Under the pieces are notes generated by a model, which saw only the letters and a list, made by a program, of their open reading frames with translations, ran no database searches and was not told where the DNA came from. A program made the position numbers and the translations under genes. A DNA stretch of 64,000 bases from Octopus sinensis (taxonomy: Eukaryota): contig NC_042997.1 of assembly GCF_006345805.1 (NCBI RefSeq), positions 89,590,001 to 89,654,000 on the forward strand. Direction: 5' to 3'. Position 1 is the first letter of the stretch. Every line of letters begins with the position of its first letter. Shown here in pieces: positions 61,880 through 64,000 of the stretch.

Positions 61880-63811
61880 TCATTAGACTGCGGGAGTTGT
61901 GTCCGCATCATCAAGGCTCAAGACGAAAGTCTTCCATACTGGACCTGCTGTCAGTGCCACTTCAGCTCCCACTCACTCCATGGAGACGCCTCACACTCCG
62001 ACAATCAGCTCTCTACTGAGGACTTTGCTGCAGCCCTCCAAGGTTTATCTAAATCGAAGCTCATTAACCGGATCACTAAGGGAGCTCAGAATAGCATTGC
62101 TCGTATGCTCTCCAGTTTGTTGAAAAATATATGTTTATCCAAGAATGCGTTCGATTGGCAGAAACTGTGGGCAGCAAATTGGGATGTAAAGCTGCCGTCC
62201 ACGCTACCAGAGCCTATGCCAACTTGCCCTCCTTGTCACCCAAGGTCATCCTCAAACTTGACTTTAAGAATGCTTTCAACTCCATCAGCTGCGATACTGT
62301 CTTCAGCTCAGTAAGAAAGAAGGTCCCACAACTTTACTACCTTGCATGGCAGGCTTATCGAGAACCCTCATATCTCTCTTTCGGTGATCAAATCATCACA
62401 TTCACCTCAGGAGTCCAACAGGGCGACCCACTCAGGCCCGCTCTGTTCGCACTGGGCATTGATGACATCACCAAGATGGGTGTCAAGCTAGACCTCAACG
62501 TCTGGTATCTTGACGATGCTCGTTTGCTGGGACCTCCAGACAGGGTTCTAGCCATTGCAAACATGATGGTTGGGGAGCTTGGTCGCCAGGGTCTCCAAGT
62601 AAACAGCTCCAAATGTGAGCTCTGGATCCTCAACCACCCAGCTTCTCAACATCAACCAACTATTGACCTTTTTGCAGAGTCCTTCCCTTCCATTGCAGTC
62701 CCTCCTCCATAGGCTTGGTGCTCTTTAGGTGCCCCAGTCACTGACCATGCCTTTGAGTCCATTTTCCAGTTGAAGGTGGCTGCCCTTGAGCAATTGCTGA
62801 AAAATATTAAAGCTATTGAACCCCATCAAGGTTTTTTCATACTTAGGAATTACCTCTTGATCCCTAAGCTTCTACATTTACTCAGAGTCAGCTCATCTTA
62901 CAGATTCCCCTGCTTCCTTTCCTCCACCCTAGTGAGCAACATCCTCTCCTCTCCAACATGGACCAGTTCCAACAGGGGTTTGGATGAAGCTCTCCAACAC
63001 TGGAGGGAAATGGGCTTATCTGCTCCTGAAAAGGTGGAGGACTGTCGTAGTTGGGACAACATAATTTCGAAGGCCATCTTCGACTTCCTCTTCATCCAGT
63101 CGGACCAGTTTTCAAGGTGCCGCTTACTATCTTCTAGCGTCAAATACTCAGGTGGCTGGACTGATACTATCCCTGTGGTTAATGTTGACGGAATACTCAG
63201 CTTGGACAAACTTCATGTCTCCATTGCCCCCGAGTGTGAGCTGACGTATGCACGGTTTGATCTGTCGTTGTGGCAGGCTCCTCGACTCCACAGGCCTCCA
63301 TGGCCTTTCTTGTTACCTGAATGCTGGTCGCTTTGCGCATCATACAGAGTTGAACCTGATAGTCAAGAGGAGCTTGGCCCAAGCAAACATCCCCTCCATC
63401 TTGGAACCATCTGGATAGTCCAGATGTGATGGGAAGAGACCTGACGGCCTCACCCTGTGCCCCTGGTCGCAAGGCAGATGCATTGTCTAGGATATCACAA
63501 TTAGCAACTCCTTTGCTTCTTCTCACATCCTGGATGTTGCAGTCGGGGCAAGATCCACAGCTTCTGTGGCTGAGCGGAACAAAATCCTGAAATACTGTGA
63601 TCTGTCGGTCAACTACACTTTCCATCCTGTGGCATTCAAGACGTTTGGTGGGGTCAGACCACTAACTGTGAGATTCCTGTCTTCACTGGCAACTTGCCTT
63701 GCGGAGGTAACTGATGAGGCTCATGAGAACGCTTGGCTGTTCCAGCGCATCAGCCTCGCCATCACCAGCGGCAACACTGCAAGCGTGCTGGCGTGTCTCA
63801 ATAGCCATTAG
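61880..63811 (+). mobile_element. Decayed CRE-like (restriction-like endonuclease) non-LTR retrotransposon
   Basis: RT 62131..62712: GCKAAVHA.R, LKLDFKNAFN, GVQQGDPL.PALFAL, WYLDD. C-terminal DGKRPDGLTLCPW and PVAFKTFGG...FQRISLAITSGNTASVL, typical of CRE-clade elements. Confidence 0.8.
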
Positions 63812-64000
63812 AGAAGTTTCTCAGAGTCCCCCAACTTTTCAACCCAAGGTGGTGTATTGTTTTGGTTTTTGCTTCTTTTTTCTTTTTAATTTTTCAATTT
63901 TGTTCTCTGTTTTGTCCAGTTTTCTAATTTAATTTTGTAAAACGGTAAACATTGTGAAGGTAATATAAAACAATAAAGGAGAAAATCAAAAACCTGATAC

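Overview
AT-rich, microsatellite- and transposon-dense animal genomic DNA. The repeat families and composition suggest a cephalopod, probably Octopus (inference). The one host gene I can support is an LRRC43-like leucine-rich-repeat gene on the minus strand. Five coding exons (42820-42725, 41805-41724, 32808-32615, 27464-27354, 14820-14690) splice in frame through canonical GT/AG sites into 204 codons plus 2 nt, and the gene appears to continue past the left edge. Its putative promoter carries an RFX X-box. The introns and upstream region hold decayed RTE, L2/CR1-like, CRE, Penelope-like (PLE), Gypsy, mariner, hAT, piggyBac and Helitron elements, plus SINEs and simple repeats. Standout structures: (1) a ~3.3-kb near-perfect inverted duplication (48680-51999 / 52484-55790) centred on two head-to-head PLE copies; (2) four type-I hammerhead ribozyme motifs from three sequence families (50361-50446, 54048-54133, 57905-57967, degenerate 59233-59268); (3) a head-to-tail train of Helitrons (34872-39071) abutting a 165-bp satellite; (4) a telomere-like G-tract array enclosed by short inverted repeats (11076-11296). 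All homology calls are from recalled motifs, not database searches.
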